Positions 1-13,097 of a stretch of 64,000 nt of DNA are shown piece by piece. Source of the DNA: Octopus sinensis (lineage: Eukaryota); assembly GCF_006345805.1 (NCBI RefSeq), contig NC_042998.1:198834001-198898000 (forward strand). The letters are read 5' to 3'. Position 1 is the stretch's first letter; every line of letters begins with the position of its first letter. The notes under the pieces are model-generated. The model ran no database searches. It saw only the letters and a program-made list of their open reading frames with translations, and was not told where the DNA came from. A program made the position numbers and the translations under genes.

Positions 1-15
1 AACAATAATAGTAAG

Positions 16-1091
16 TACTAGGAGTAGTCAAACATTATCTGCCCTTGCGCTAAAACTTTCTTTAAGGTTTGCGCACAACTTCCAACGCTCGCATGCTACA
101 AGGTGGTACCCTTGTGGTTGCATTACCATGGCTTGACTTTGATCGCCTCACTTTGCTTTCTTGTGATACAGAATAAACATGACCGCTCCACCGGCTGTGT
201 GCACCAAGGAAGAACAGAGATCAGTAATCCAATTTCTCTAGTTTGAAGGTGTGTCAGGGGGCTGAAAGTCATCGCAGGCTTTCGGTACAATAAGAGGACA
301 GTACTCTACCGCGTTCAAGTGTGTATGAATGGATCGAAAAGTTTTAAAATGGCCTGAGAAGCGTTAAGCACGAGGAGGGAGGGTGATGCCCATCAACTAC
401 TACCACTGTGCCGCCGGATATGGTTCTGGAGAACCGACGGATGATTTGGGTCCGTCACTTTGAACCAGAATCCAAAAAGCAGAGTACGGAGTGGAGACAC
501 CCGGAATCACCAGTGAATAAGAAATTGAAGCCCCAACTTTCCGCAGAAAAAGTGTCGCTATCCATTTTAAAGAAGGCAAAAGGGGCCATGTTGGAATATT
601 ACCTGGAGAAGGTTTCTACGTACACCAGTGTAGGCTAAAGTGAAAGGATGGTTAACAAACTGAAAACAGAATTTCGAGCTAAACGCTAAGGTCTATTGAC
701 AAAGCAAGTGTTATTGTTGCATGGTAATACACGCCCATATATAGCCTCTTACAGCATTGAAATCGCTGGAAAATTGGATTTCGAATTACTGGAGTTCCTC
801 GCATACAGTCTACGTCTCTCCACTTCCGACTATCACCTCTTGGACCGCTCAAATATCCTTTACATGCTCGTGGATTTGCTACGAACGAAGAAGCGCAAGA
901 AGCGGTCATAAATGATTGCGCGACCAGTGAAAAGCTTCTTCTCCGATGGAACAAGCACACTTGTGGACCGATGGAAGTGCATCGAAAAGCAAGGAGAATA
1001 TGTCGAAAATGGATTTAATTGTTGAACCCCTGCTTTTGTTTTAATAAATTACAGAAACGAGAGAGAGTATAATTTTTGACTTACCCTTGTA
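16..1091 (+). mobile_element. Degenerate mariner DNA transposon (internally deleted, stops and frameshifts)
   Basis: Imperfect TIRs TACTAGGAGTAGTCAAACATTAT / ATAATTTTTGACTTACCCTTGTA with TA ends. Remnants: MTAPPAVCTKEEQRSVIQFL, WVRHFEPESKKQSTEWRHPESP, LLHGNTRPY (=LHDNARPH) and YSLRLSTSDYHL (=YSPDLAPSDYHL). Confidence 0.9.
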
Positions 1092-2099
1092 TTTTTAATT
1101 TAGACGCAAGGACAGCAGAAGAAAAGTGCTAGGCGATACGATCGACCCCGGCACTTGACCGTTATTTTATTTTATTGATCGGCAGGGATGAAAGACAAAG
1201 ATTATCTCGGCAGGATTTGAACTCGTAACGCAAAAGGCCAGAACAACTACCGCAAGATATATAAAGGATTCTGCCTTTGAAATGGTTTCTAACTTCGGTA
1301 CAACGCCAGCAATTTGGGGTAAAAGAGCTTAATCGATACCACCGACCCCAGTACTTTGAATGGAACTTTATATTAACAAGTACAAGAAGAGGAAAAACAA
1401 TGGTAACTGAGGAAGTGTGGAAGACTCGCAAAAAATACCGAGCAATTTTTTCCGACACTCTAATGAATTTGCTAATACGTCGTTCTAATAGAAACTACTA
1501 CAGCTGCTAATAAAGCTGCCGTTAGTGGTAATGATGACGATGATGGTGAGCATTACCAGTGCTGTTGATACTACTGCTAATTTTGCCGATTTAGAAATGT
1601 CTTTTAGATGTCAATAGATTTGTTAATTAAGAGTACATAATTAAAACGAAAATATCAGGATAGATATAGATCTTTAGAAACATGAAGAATATAAATAGCG
1701 AAAATAATCATATTAACGTTAAAGGCATAAGTAAACCGCGAAGACAAGCTTAGTACTTAGAAAGCAACAATAAATAAAAACATGTAAAACTGTAGAACAC
1801 CTACAGAATACTTCATGGAACAGATGACGAAGAAGAGACGCAGAGAGGAAAATGTAATGAAATGTAAATAAGAGGAAAAAAAATAATCTGAAAGAAAATC
1901 GTAATCATGGAGATTGTAAATATAGCAATAGTCTAAAAATGGAAATAGCTTAAGATTTCTATCAATAGAATATTTTCTCGTGGACAGAAAAAAAAAATAA
2001 AACAGAATAAAAAAACACAAGTGATTAATCATAAAATAGCAACAAAATATATTTATGGAAGTATGTATGTATGTATGTTTATGCGTATATATATATTCT

Positions 2100-2432
2100 T
2101 TATTCTTTCATTCATTTACTTGTTTCAGTCGTTTTGGCTGCGGCCATGCTGGAGCACCGCCTTAACGTGTTTTAGTCAAAGAGATTCACCCCAGGACTGG
2201 TCAAGCGATGGTGGGGGTACAAACACAGACACGAAGACACACACATAAATATATACGTATATATATATATACACGACGGGCTTCTTCCAATTCCCGTCTG
2301 CCAAATCTACTCACAAGGTTTGGTTAGTCTGAGGCTATAGTAAAAGGCACTGGACTAAGGTGACACGCAGTGGGACTGAACCCGGAATCACGTGGTTGGG
2401 AAGCAAGCTTCCTTCTACTCATCCACACCTGC
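2100..2432 (-). mobile_element. SINE family A (tRNA-derived head, internal TA/TG tract), partly deleted
   Basis: Matches other copies: TGTTTCAGTC...GCGGCCATGCTGGAGCACCGCC ... GCAGTGGGACTGAACCCGGAA. Confidence 0.85.
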
Positions 2433-2444
2433 GCACACATACAT

Positions 2445-2495
<51 letters not shown>

Positions 2496-2679
2496 TGGAT
2501 GGATATGTGTGTGTGTGTGTGTGTGTGTGTGTATACATGCATGCAGACATATATGCAAGACTATAAATACACAAGCACAAACACGCGCTTGCAAATATAT
2601 GATGAAGTAGCTGCCAGTTCTTCTTAACTTTGAGGACGTACACCTCTGTTGTTTCTCATTAATTTCTCTCCATTGAACT

Positions 2680-2716
2680 TTTCCCTGGAGAAGGACATTG
2701 TCCGAAACGTTAGATT
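2680..2716 (+). ncRNA. Decayed hammerhead-ribozyme-like motif in a Penelope-like fragment
   Basis: CTGGAGA-A-GGAC-att-GTCC-GAAAC-GTT; core differs from CUGANGA. Confidence 0.45.
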
Positions 2717-2782
2717 TTCCACACATTGCTACAAGTTCACTGAACTCTTGTTATCGATTCTACTACAATATTATATATATAC

Positions 2783-2828
<46 letters not shown>

Positions 2829-2844
2829 AGTATATATATATATA

Positions 2845-3260
2845 TACTCTTTTACTCTTTTGGTTGTTTCAGTCATTTGATTGCGGCCATGCTGGAGCAC
2901 CGCCTTTAGTCGAGCAAATCTACCCCAGGACTTATTTTTTGTAAGCCCAGTACTTATTCTATCGGTCTCTTTTGTTGAACCGCTAAGTTATGGGGGACGT
3001 AAACACACCAGCATCAGTTGTCAAGCGATGTTGGGGGGGCAAACACAGACACACAAACATATACACAAACATACATATATATATATATACATATATACGA
3101 CGGGCTTCTTTCAGTTACCGTCTACCAAATCCACTCACAAGGCTTTGGTCAGCCCGAGGCTATAATAAAAGACACTTGCCCAAGGTGCCACGAAGTGGGA
3201 CTGAACCTGGAACCATGTGGTTGATAAGCAAGCTACTTACCACACAGCCACTCTGCGCCT
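2845..3260 (-). mobile_element. SINE family A, near full length
   Basis: Tail TACTCTTTTACTC..., body, and head ...CTACTTACCACACAGCCACTCTGCGCCT. Confidence 0.9.
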
Positions 3261-3290
3261 ATATATATATATATTATATATATATATATA

Positions 3291-3345
<55 letters not shown>

Positions 3346-3352
<7 letters not shown>

Positions 3353-3968
3353 CTAACTAAACCTGCTATGTTTATGTCACCGTAACTTAGTGGTTCGGAA
3401 AAAAAGATCGATAGAGAAGTACTATGGGTCGATTTCTTCGACTAAAAACAGCTTAAGGTGGTGCTCTAACATGACTGCAGTCAAATGACTGAAACAATTA
3501 AAAGAATAAACATCGTCATCTTCTTCTTCTTCTACTTCTCCACCTTCTACCCCTTAACCTTGTCACTAATGCCTTTCAGTATAACGCCTATGCAAATTCC
3601 ATAAACAATTCCTGAATTGAACTGCGACTGCTGTCCGCCACTGACCATTCAAAATACGACCATCAAGGCATTCCCAGATTTCCCCACCCCCTCTTCACAT
3701 CAGCCTTCTGCTTCTCCTACCCTACCAAGAACTCACAACGACCTCGAACACACAAGTGCAAACAAGGGAGTCAGAGAAAGGCAGAATGCCACTTATATCT
3801 GAACACTACTATAGAAATATTCCCTTAAAAAAACTTTTCTTCTAATTTTTCAAAATTTAATTATTTAATCGTTACAGTTGAAAAGGTCTCAAAATGACCG
3901 AAACCGGTACTGAAAGATTCACTATAAAATTATCTTAGCATTTTCTATTTTTGACTTGTTTTTTCATA

Positions 3969-4035
<67 letters not shown>

Positions 4036-4669
4036 TATATATATATATATGAAAAAACAAGTCAAAAATAGAAAATGCTAAGATAATTTTATAGTGAATC
4101 TTTCAGTACCGGTTTCGGTCATTTTGAGACCTTTTCAACTGTAACGATTAAATAATTAAATTTTGAAAAATTAGAAGAAAAGTTTTTTAAGGGAATATTT
4201 CTATAGTAGTGTTCAGATATAAGTGGCATTCTGCCTTTCTCTGACTCCCTTGTTTGCACTTGTGTGTTCGAGGTCGTTGTGAGTTCTTGGTAGGGTAGGA
4301 GAAGCAGAAGGCTGATGTGAAGAGGGGGTGGGGAAATCTGGGAATGCCTTGATGGTCGTATTTTGAATGGTCAGTGGCGGACAGCAGTCGCAGTTCAATT
4401 CAGGAATTGTTTATGGAATTTGCATAGGCGTTATACTGAAAGGCATTAGTGACAAGGTTAAGGGGTAGAAGGTGGAGAAGTAGAAGAAGAAGAAGATGAC
4501 GATGTTTATTCTTTTAATTGTTTCAGTCATTTGACTGCAGTCATGTTAGAGCACCACCTTAAGCTGTTTTTAGTCGAAGAAATCGACCCATAGTACTTCT
4601 CTATCGATCTTTTTTTCCGAACCACTAAGTTACGGTGACATAAACATAGCAGGTTTAGTTAGCGACATA
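3346..4669. repeat. Near-perfect inverted duplication, ~620-bp arms around a (TA)n spacer
   Basis: Position x pairs with 8015-x; identical 61-aa ORFs at 3617-3802(+) and 4213-4398(-). Confidence 0.95.
3875..3912 (+). ncRNA. Decayed hammerhead motif (mirrored at 4103-4140 on the - strand)
   Basis: cag-TTGAAAA-GGTC-tcaaaat-GACC-GAAAC-CG-GTA-ctg: stems I-III present, core mutated. Confidence 0.55.
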
Positions 4670-4912
4670 AACACAGCAGCATCGATTGTCAAGCAATAGA
4701 GGGGGACAAGCACAGACATATACACAGAAATATATACACATTTATATATACGACAGGCTTTTTTCAGTGTTCGCCTATCAAATTCACTCACAAGGCTTTG
4801 GTTAGCCCGAGGCTATAGTAGAAGACACTTGCCCAAGGTGTCACGCTGCGCGACAGAACCAGAATCCATGTTGCTGGGAACCAAACTACTTACCACACAG
4901 CCACGCCTGCGC
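4503..4912 (-). mobile_element. SINE family A
   Basis: Same family motifs; head ends ...CACACAGCCACGCCTGCGCC. Confidence 0.85.
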
Positions 4913-5040
4913 CCCTTAATATAAATAAATACATTTAAAGGGAATAATTAATAAATTGATCCCTTATGAAGTTTTTAAATTGTGTGTATATATATGTGTG
5001 TGTGTGTGTATGTGTGTGTGTGTGCGTGTGTGTGTATGTG

Positions 5041-5442
5041 TAGGAGTGGCTGTGTGGTAAGTAGCTTGCTTACCAACCACATGGTTCCGGGTTCAGTCCC
5101 ACTGCGTGACACCTTGCGCAAGTGTCTTCTACTATAGCCTCGGGCCGTCCAAAGCTTTGTGAGTGGATTTGGTAGACAGAAACTGAAAGAAGCCTGTTGT
5201 ATATGTATATATATATATATGTATGTGTGTGTATGTGTTTGTGTGTTTGCCTGTCCCCACCCCAACATCGCTTGACAACCGATGATGGTGTGGTTACGTC
5301 CCCGTAACTTAGCAGTTCGGCAAAAGAGACCGATAGAATAAGTACTAGGCTTACAAAGAATAAGTCGTGGGATCGATTTGCCCGACTAAAGGCGGTGCTC
5401 CAGCATGGCCACAGTCACATGACTGAAAAAGTGTAAAAGAAT
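5041..5442 (+). mobile_element. SINE family A
   Basis: GGAGTGGCTGTGTGGTAAG (A box) ... GGTTCAGTCCC (B-box-like) ... GCGGTGCTCCAGCATGGCC. Confidence 0.9.
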
Positions 5443-5520
5443 ATATGTATGTATAAAATATGTTTGCGTCGGTCTGTCTGTGTTAGTATGTGCATATATG
5501 TGTGTGTATACACATATATA

Positions 5521-5555
<35 letters not shown>

Positions 5556-6499
5556 TTACGTAGATACATAGCTATACATATACGCACGCGTGCGCACACG
5601 TACTAGCATATACATACGCACTCGCGCTCACATACACACACACATACAAAGTGACCCATCATAGACAGACTAGAAGTAGATACGAACATTAATGTCACTG
5701 GGAAATACTAAAAAATTTATGCAGCAGCCACAATTGTGACACAGGAAAATGGATACTTCCTGAAAAGTATTTACAAGCGAACACGAAAAACCCATAAAAA
5801 AGATGCTGAAAACAAAATCACAGGAAACTATAGAAAATAAAGAAAGGGTTTTTTAATTCTTAATGCAATCAATATCAAGTAGAGAAAGAAACATTTTAGA
5901 TGTACAACATAACAAATCAAGAATCACTAATGATTTGATGAAAAAAATGCCTAAATACAAAAGCTTCTCATTAAATGGTGTATAATTCGTCTTTGGCAAG
6001 AGAAAATAAAAACATAATCACTTCATTGAATATTTCAGACAGTTCGACTCCAACTCAGGAGTTTACAAAGAATCTGATAGAAACAAAATTGAAACGAATA
6101 CAGGGCCCACAGAAAACGTGAGATATTTTGCGAGGAAAAGAATGTATAAAAAGAATGTTGGATTGCCCATGTGGGAACAACTGTGACTTCAGCACTAAAT
6201 ACAGACACCTATTAGAAGAGGACTGTTTTCAGCAGACACCTTTATCTGCAACTAAAATTCTGACAATTAACAATAAATTGTACACGGGTAACTTGTACGC
6301 TGCAGATGTAAGACAATTAGAAACACTTCTAAGGGAACTAGACAGCACAGATTTGCATACATTTAAGAATTAATGAAGATGATTGAGTACAATACACAAA
6401 AATGAACGAAAAGGGTTTGGCATGAGTACTGGTTTCAAATTTTGGCACAAGGCCAGCAAGTTTGTGGAAGGGTGTAAGTCGATTTAGAAATTGCCAACT

Positions 6500-7470
6500 T
6501 TCTAAATGTTGCATAATCTTCGGTGCACGAAGATCGGATTGAAGCGGAATCCTCTGCCGATGATGTTTCAATTGTTTCTGAGAAAAGCAAAACATTCTAA
6601 ATGTTCGAACTCAATAAGGACACCAGAATATCGATGCTAACCCCCTCCCCCCCCCAAAAAAAAATCAATGACAACTATCGCCAAAGAACTTCAGGTGTCG
6701 GAATAGATTATCAAAACTGTGGTGCACGAGGACATTTGATCATTGTTCTTTGTCTGCAAGAACACATGAAAAACGTCTGATCTATGCCAAGTAGTTACTT
6801 AACAAGATTAAAAACCCTCACGGTCATGGCATGCTTTGATTCTTGTTTGATGAAAAGCACTTCGACCAAGACTAGAAGTCTAAGAGGTGAAACTACAAAT
6901 GTTTATATACAGATTTTTCTGATGTCTCCAGAGTTGCCAGCATCTATGATGGCTTGCGGGTGGTGAGTTATGAAAGTCGTTATCTTTCATCTTCTCAAAG
7001 GGTTATAGATTTCTTAGAATGGATACGTTGAGGTGCTGGAGACAATTGATAGGCACTGGATGGATGAAGTATTCAGTAGAAGGCCATACATATTTCAATA
7101 AGACTCAGCACCTTAAATAAAACCTTACAAAACCCACGTAATCCAAAATGGATATCAGACAATTTTTATGAATATGTAACACCAGACTTGTGGCCTCCAA
7201 ACTCGTCAGATTTGAATTTTTGGAATTACTACGTTTGAAACGGAGACTAATCGACATCCTCTCAATGTCATAGCTTCACTGAAGATAGCTGTTGTCCAGG
7301 TGATGTCCGAAATGAATAAGGACCATTTAGTTCAAGTATGTCAATAATTTCAGCCTCGCATTGAGAACACATGCACAAATTTTCATTAAAATATATTTGG
7401 TTTTTGCTAAATTATAGTTATTTTATTAAATTACTAAATATGTCCTCAAATACCTCTCGATTCCTGTAGT
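6500..7470 (+). mobile_element. Degenerate Tc1/mariner-superfamily transposase (maT/DD37D-like)
   Basis: YIFQ*DSAP and WPPNSSDLNFWNYYV* resemble YVFQQDSAP and WPPNSPDLNPLDYYVW. Confidence 0.75.
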
Positions 7471-7749
7471 ATACACTCATGGAAAATCGAATTGATAACA
7501 TAAGGAGATGTACTTTGAGAAGATAGATAAAACGAGAGATCTTTCAAGTTGATTGTGCGTCGTCCTTGTTTGCATTATACATGATATTGATGACGTTGGC
7601 GTAACGAAAAATAGGGGCTGGGTATTGATAGAAAACAAGCAATCGAAATTAAAGCATCTTTTGTTCATAGACGATCCTAAATTGGTCAAGAAAAATGAAA
7701 ACTAGATAGATTCTTTTGTTCAAATTGATTTAACAAAGGTATATATATA

Positions 7750-7931
7750 TATTTTTTATTTGTTTCAGTCATTTGACTGCAGCCATGCTGGAGCCCCGCC
7801 TTTTAGTCGAGCAAATCGACCCCAGGTCTTATTCTTTGTAAGCCTAGTACTTATTCTATCGGTCTCTTTTGCCGAACCGCTAAGTAACGGGGACGCAAAC
7901 ATACCAGCACACAAATACACACACACACACA

Positions 7932-8020
<89 letters not shown>

Positions 8021-8182
8021 GACAGGCTTCTTTCAGTTTCCGTCTACCAACTCCACTCACAAGGCTTTGGTCGGCCCGAGGCTATAGTAGAAGACACTTT
8101 CCCAAGGTGCTACGCAGTGGGACTGAACACGGAAACGTGTGGTTGGTAAGCAGGCTACTTACCACACAGCCACTCCTGCGCC
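7750..8182 (-). mobile_element. SINE family A
   Basis: Family motifs; head ...CACACAGCCACTCCTGCGCCT. Confidence 0.9.
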
Positions 8183-8459
8183 TATATATGTGGAATTTGG
8201 GTAATGTCCCTTGTACTAATGAGAAAAAGAGGGAAGATAGGAGTCAGCAGATGTAATGTTAGTGTCAACTGAAGTATTGATATTGAAGCCAAAATTAAAA
8301 TAGGAGAGACAAGCAAATAAGTGGCAACAGGGATGAGGAACAGAACAGGGATACTCAACCGAAACAATGAAGATCTTTAGAAGCTAGGCAGAAGGAGGAG
8401 GACATTTATGGCAATGCATGGAGAATTCTACTTCACATTCATAGTCGATTTGCTTCATT

Positions 8460-8714
8460 AGTCGATTTGCTCGACTAAAAGGCGGTGCTCCAGCATGGCT
8501 GCAGTCAAATGACTGAAACAAATAAAAAATATATATATACCTTTGTTAAATCAATTTGAACAAAAGAATCTATCTAGTTTTCATTTTTCTTGAGCAGTTT
8601 AGGATCGTCTATGAACAAAAGATGCTTTAGTTTCGATTGCTTGTTTTCTATCAATACCCAGCTCCTATTTTTCGCTACGCCAACATCATCAGTATCATGT
8701 ATAATGCAAACAAG
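8460..8714 (-). repeat. Diverged inverted copy of ~7566-7820
   Basis: Reverse complement aligns across the LINE/SINE junction with scattered substitutions. Confidence 0.9.
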
Positions 8715-9002
8715 TCTATGAGTCACATTCATAGACTTTGCTTGACTAGAGAAAAATAAAAGAGTGAGTCTGATGAAATTTCGAAGAGTGTATAAGTGAA
8801 GAGAATAATTTGAGATGATGGCTGGTGTAAAATTTTCTGGTACGATAAAAGATCACTAAGTGCAATTAATAAGGATGAATATAAGTGAATCAGAATACAA
8901 GTAAAAGAGATATACAAGAATGGAAAAGCAATGAATGAACAATGTACCAGAGATATGATTAGTGGTGTGGATAAAAAAGGGATATGAAAGTCGATGTGAT
9001 AA

Positions 9003-9397
9003 CCTTTATATATAAAAGTAAGGTTGTGTGTCTGTCTCCTACGATTTAGATTCCTAACTACTCCCACATTTTGCGGTGCAGTTTAACCAAAACCGGGTAT
9101 CTTATAGTCGTGATTCATATCGAGCTCTTCTGCGTATTAGCGCGCGTCTACGATGAGTCTACGATTATAAAAATAATTTACCATCATTTTTTTTCCATTT
9201 TAATGCATTTTTTCGTTATTATACAAGGGAAGTAACTCTCTAAAAATGCCTACGATGAGTCAACGATTTAAAAAAAATTACCATCATTTTTTTCCCATTT
9301 TTAATGCATTTTTTGCTATTTTTTGGCTATAACTCTCTAAAAATGCTTTATAGTTATTTCCCTTACAAACCCGAGCAACGCCGGGCGATACTGCTAG
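9003..9397 (+). mobile_element. Non-autonomous Helitron
   Basis: 5' (T>C)CTTTATATATAAAAG, subterminal hairpin CCCGAGCAACGCCGGG, 3' CTAG, A|T insertion site, no TSD; second copy at 33397. Confidence 0.8.
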
Positions 9398-9732
9398 TCA
9401 GATATAAAGAATGGAACTGAAGTTTGTGCAGTAAAAGTACAGAGATAACAAACTATGACAAGGATGATGTCGATAAGAACGTGGAATCACCCATATGTAG
9501 ACTTTGGGGTAAAAATAAGGTGTGAAAACATTAGCTTCATAAAATGTCAGTACAATAACTTTGCACAAAGAGAATATAAAAGTAAGCACGTCAAGATTGT
9601 TACTTAATGTTCATAAGATTTTCTGTTAAAAAAAATTTAATTTAGAACTGACAAATGGTACAGCTATCAACTTAATGCATTGGAAGAAAATTAGGATATT
9701 AATTTGTTATGGGATTTTAACATTGAATATAA

Positions 9733-10095
9733 TCTCTCTATATATAAACGGCAAAATGTCTGTGTGTGTGTGTGTGTGTGTGTGTCCTTTATACAAATCC
9801 ACAATTTTTCAGTTAGAGGGCTTTCACTTTCTATGGTCATTCAAAACTGTCCAAGGGTGGTTGTGCACATCTTTACATTTCCCCAGTCACCCCGCAATGC
9901 CATTAAAAAATCAACAGAAGTGACTTTTTGTGAATTTTCTATCCAAAACCCAATCAAAATGCCCGAAACTTGATACGCCAATTGAATGCCAGCTAGCTGT
10001 ATGTGATTGGCCGGAGATTTGGACAGTACTCGCGTGTATGTGCGCACGCATGCAGCTGTATATGCATGCACTAGCACTATGATCCGGCGTGTGAT
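9733..10095 (+). mobile_element. Helitron-like element, 5' portion
   Basis: 5' TCTCTCTATATATAAACGGCA shared with the 59967-60345 element; canonical 3' end not seen. Confidence 0.55.
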
Positions 10096-10446
10096 ATAGA
10101 ATCTTAGGTGACAACAAAAAAGAAAATATGTTAGTCATGCAACAAAGCCTGTAAAGAAAAGTTGCAAGAGTATGGTAGAGAAACAAAATTGAAATTGTGA
10201 AGATATACTGATTAGGGTAAGAGAAAAATTGCAGTTACAAATACAGATCAAACAAGTAGTGATAGACGTTCGATTTGTGTCCCTTGTAATCGTATATTGA
10301 TAACAAAGGCAATGAAATGAATAGCTTCTTAAATGGAAGAAAGTCCTGCGAAGTGTAGTGAAAGGAACAATTGAATCAACCAAAGATCCTCTATAACCTA
10401 AATTTCTTGATCCCGTTCTTTTAGCTCTTTCTAATACAGGTCAAAG

Positions 10447-10449
<3 letters not shown>

Positions 10450-10480
<31 letters not shown>

Positions 10481-10962
10481 ATTATTAAATATTATTATTA
10501 TTATTATTATTATTAAATATTATTATTATTATTATTATTATTAAATATTATATTATTATTATATATTATTATTATATTATTATTATTATTATTATTATTA
10601 GATATTATTATTATTAATTATTATATTATTATTAATTATTATTATATTATTATTATTATTAAATATTATTATTATTAAATATTATTATTATTATAATTAT
10701 TATTATTATTATTTATTATTATTATTATTATTATTAATTATTATTATTATTAATTATTATTATTATTAAATATATTATTATTATTAATTATTATTATGAT
10801 TATATTATTATTAATTATTATTATTATTATATATTATTATTATTAAATATTATTATTATTATTAATTATTATTATTATGATTATTATATTAATTATTATT
10901 ATTATTAGATATTATTATTATTATTATTAAATATTATTATTATTAATATTATTATTATCAAA

Positions 10963-10998
<36 letters not shown>

Positions 10999-11134
10999 GA
11001 TTATTATTATTAAATACTATTATTATTATTAAATATTATTATTAAATATTATATTATTATTAAATATATTATTATTATTATTATTAATTATTATTATTAT
11101 GATTATTATTATTAATTATTATTATTATATTAAT

Positions 11135-11166
<32 letters not shown>

Positions 11167-11459
11167 ATTATTATTAAATATTATTATTATTATTATTGAT
11201 TATTATTATTATTAATTATTATTATTATTAATTATTATTATTATTATTAATTATTATTATTATTAAATATTATTATTATTATTAATTATTATTATTATGA
11301 TTATTATTATTAATTATTATTATTATTATATATTATTATTAAATATTATTATTATTATTAATTATTATTATTATGATTATTATTATTAATTATTATTATT
11401 ATTAGATATTATTATTATTATTATTAATATTATTATTATTAAATATTATTATTATCAAA

Positions 11460-11497
<38 letters not shown>

Positions 11498-11537
11498 TAT
11501 TATTATTATTAAATACTATTATTATTATTAAATATTA

Positions 11538-11575
<38 letters not shown>

Positions 11576-11625
11576 ATTATTAAATATTATTATTATTATA
11601 TTATTAATTATTATATTATTAAATA

Positions 11626-11656
<31 letters not shown>

Positions 11657-11662
11657 TATTAT
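10450..11662. repeat. ~1.2-kb interrupted (ATT)n microsatellite
   Basis: Direct reading. Confidence 0.97.
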
Positions 11663-11847
11663 TGTTCCTTCGTACACAGTGTAGGTAAAGATGCACCGGA
11701 GCCTTTAGTCAACTGTCAAGTCACAAGGACCTCAGACAGATAATACTTTACATCTAAGGAAAGCATTATCTGTCTGAGGTCCTTGTGACTTGACAGTTGA
11801 CTAAAGGCTCCGGTGCATCTTTACCTACACTGTGTTACGAAGGAACA
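11663..11847. repeat. ~87-bp-arm hairpin extending into flanking (ATT)n/(AAT)n
   Basis: 11663-11749 is the reverse complement of 11760-11847 apart from one indel and one mismatch. Confidence 0.95.
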
Positions 11848-11853
11848 ATAATA

Positions 11854-11909
<56 letters not shown>

Positions 11910-11912
<3 letters not shown>

Positions 11913-12110
11913 CCTTTCTCCTATAGACACAAGCCTTGGAATTTGTGAGGAGAGGATTGTTGATTACATCGTCTCCAGTGCTTGACTGGTATTTATTTCA
12001 TCGAACCCGAAAGGACGAGAGGCTAAGTCGACTACTGCAGAATTTGAACTTAAAGAGCAAAGACGGACGAAACGCCACTGTACATTTTGTCTGGCCTGCC
12101 GGCTTGTCAC
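11910..12110 (-). mobile_element. Older SINE family B-related copy
   Basis: GATTACATCG...GACTGGTATTTATTTCATCGAACCCGAAAGGACGAGAGGC...GAATTTGAACT. Confidence 0.75.
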
Positions 12111-12164
12111 CTTTACCAAAAATATTGACGTTATTGAGGGTGGTAATGATAATGTTCTTGTTGT

Positions 12165-12317
12165 TGATGATGATGATGATGATGATGATGACGACGACGA
12201 CAACAACGATGATGATGATGACGACAATGATGAGGATGACGACGATGACAACGACGGTGACGACGAATACGATGATGATGATGATGATGATGACGATGAT
12301 GATGATGATGGTGGTGA

Positions 12318-12350
<33 letters not shown>

Positions 12351-12424
12351 AGAGGATGATGATGATGGTGATGATGATGATGATGATGATGGTGAGGATG
12401 ATGATGATGATGATGGTAATGATG

Positions 12425-12456
<32 letters not shown>

Positions 12457-12524
12457 GGTGATGATGATGATGGTGGTGAGGATGATGATGATGGTGATGA
12501 TGATGATGGTGGTGAGGATGATGG

Positions 12525-12573
<49 letters not shown>

Positions 12574-12602
12574 GATGATGATGATGATGGTGGTGGTGAT
12601 GG

Positions 12603-12648
<46 letters not shown>

Positions 12649-12655
12649 GGTGGTG

Positions 12656-12688
<33 letters not shown>

Positions 12689-12727
12689 GTGAGGATGATG
12701 ATGATGGTGATGATGATGATGGTGGTG

Positions 12728-12760
<33 letters not shown>

Positions 12761-12784
12761 GTGGTGAGGATGATGATGATGGTG

Positions 12785-12816
<32 letters not shown>

Positions 12817-12869
12817 GATGATGATGATGATAATGATGATGGGATGATGATGGGGATGATGATGATGAT

Positions 12870-12920
<51 letters not shown>

Positions 12921-13064
12921 TGATGATGATGATGATGATGATGATGGGGATGATGATGATGATGGTGAGGATGATGATGATGGTGATGATGATGATGATG
13001 ATGGTGAGGATGATGATGATGGTGATGATGATGATGATGATGATGGTGAGGATGATGATGATGG

Positions 13065-13097
<33 letters not shown>
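12165..13097. repeat. ~930-bp (GAT)n microsatellite with GGT/GAG variants
   Basis: Direct reading; source of the poly-M/S/I/H ORFs. Confidence 0.97.

Larger units (their letters stand above)
7570..9000 (+). mobile_element. Highly decayed R4/Dong-like LINE RT fragments interrupted by a SINE
   Basis: KHLLFIDDPKL (cf. HLLFMDDLKL) near 7650; decayed RT C-terminal sequence follows the SINE. Confidence 0.5.

Noticed and set aside
3617-4398. Two identical 61-aa ORFs as a gene pair
   Set aside because: By-product of the palindrome; TTG start and no recognisable domain.
5690-6410. Possible Penelope ORF remnant (PCGNNCDF)
   Set aside because: Too decayed to assign without a profile search.
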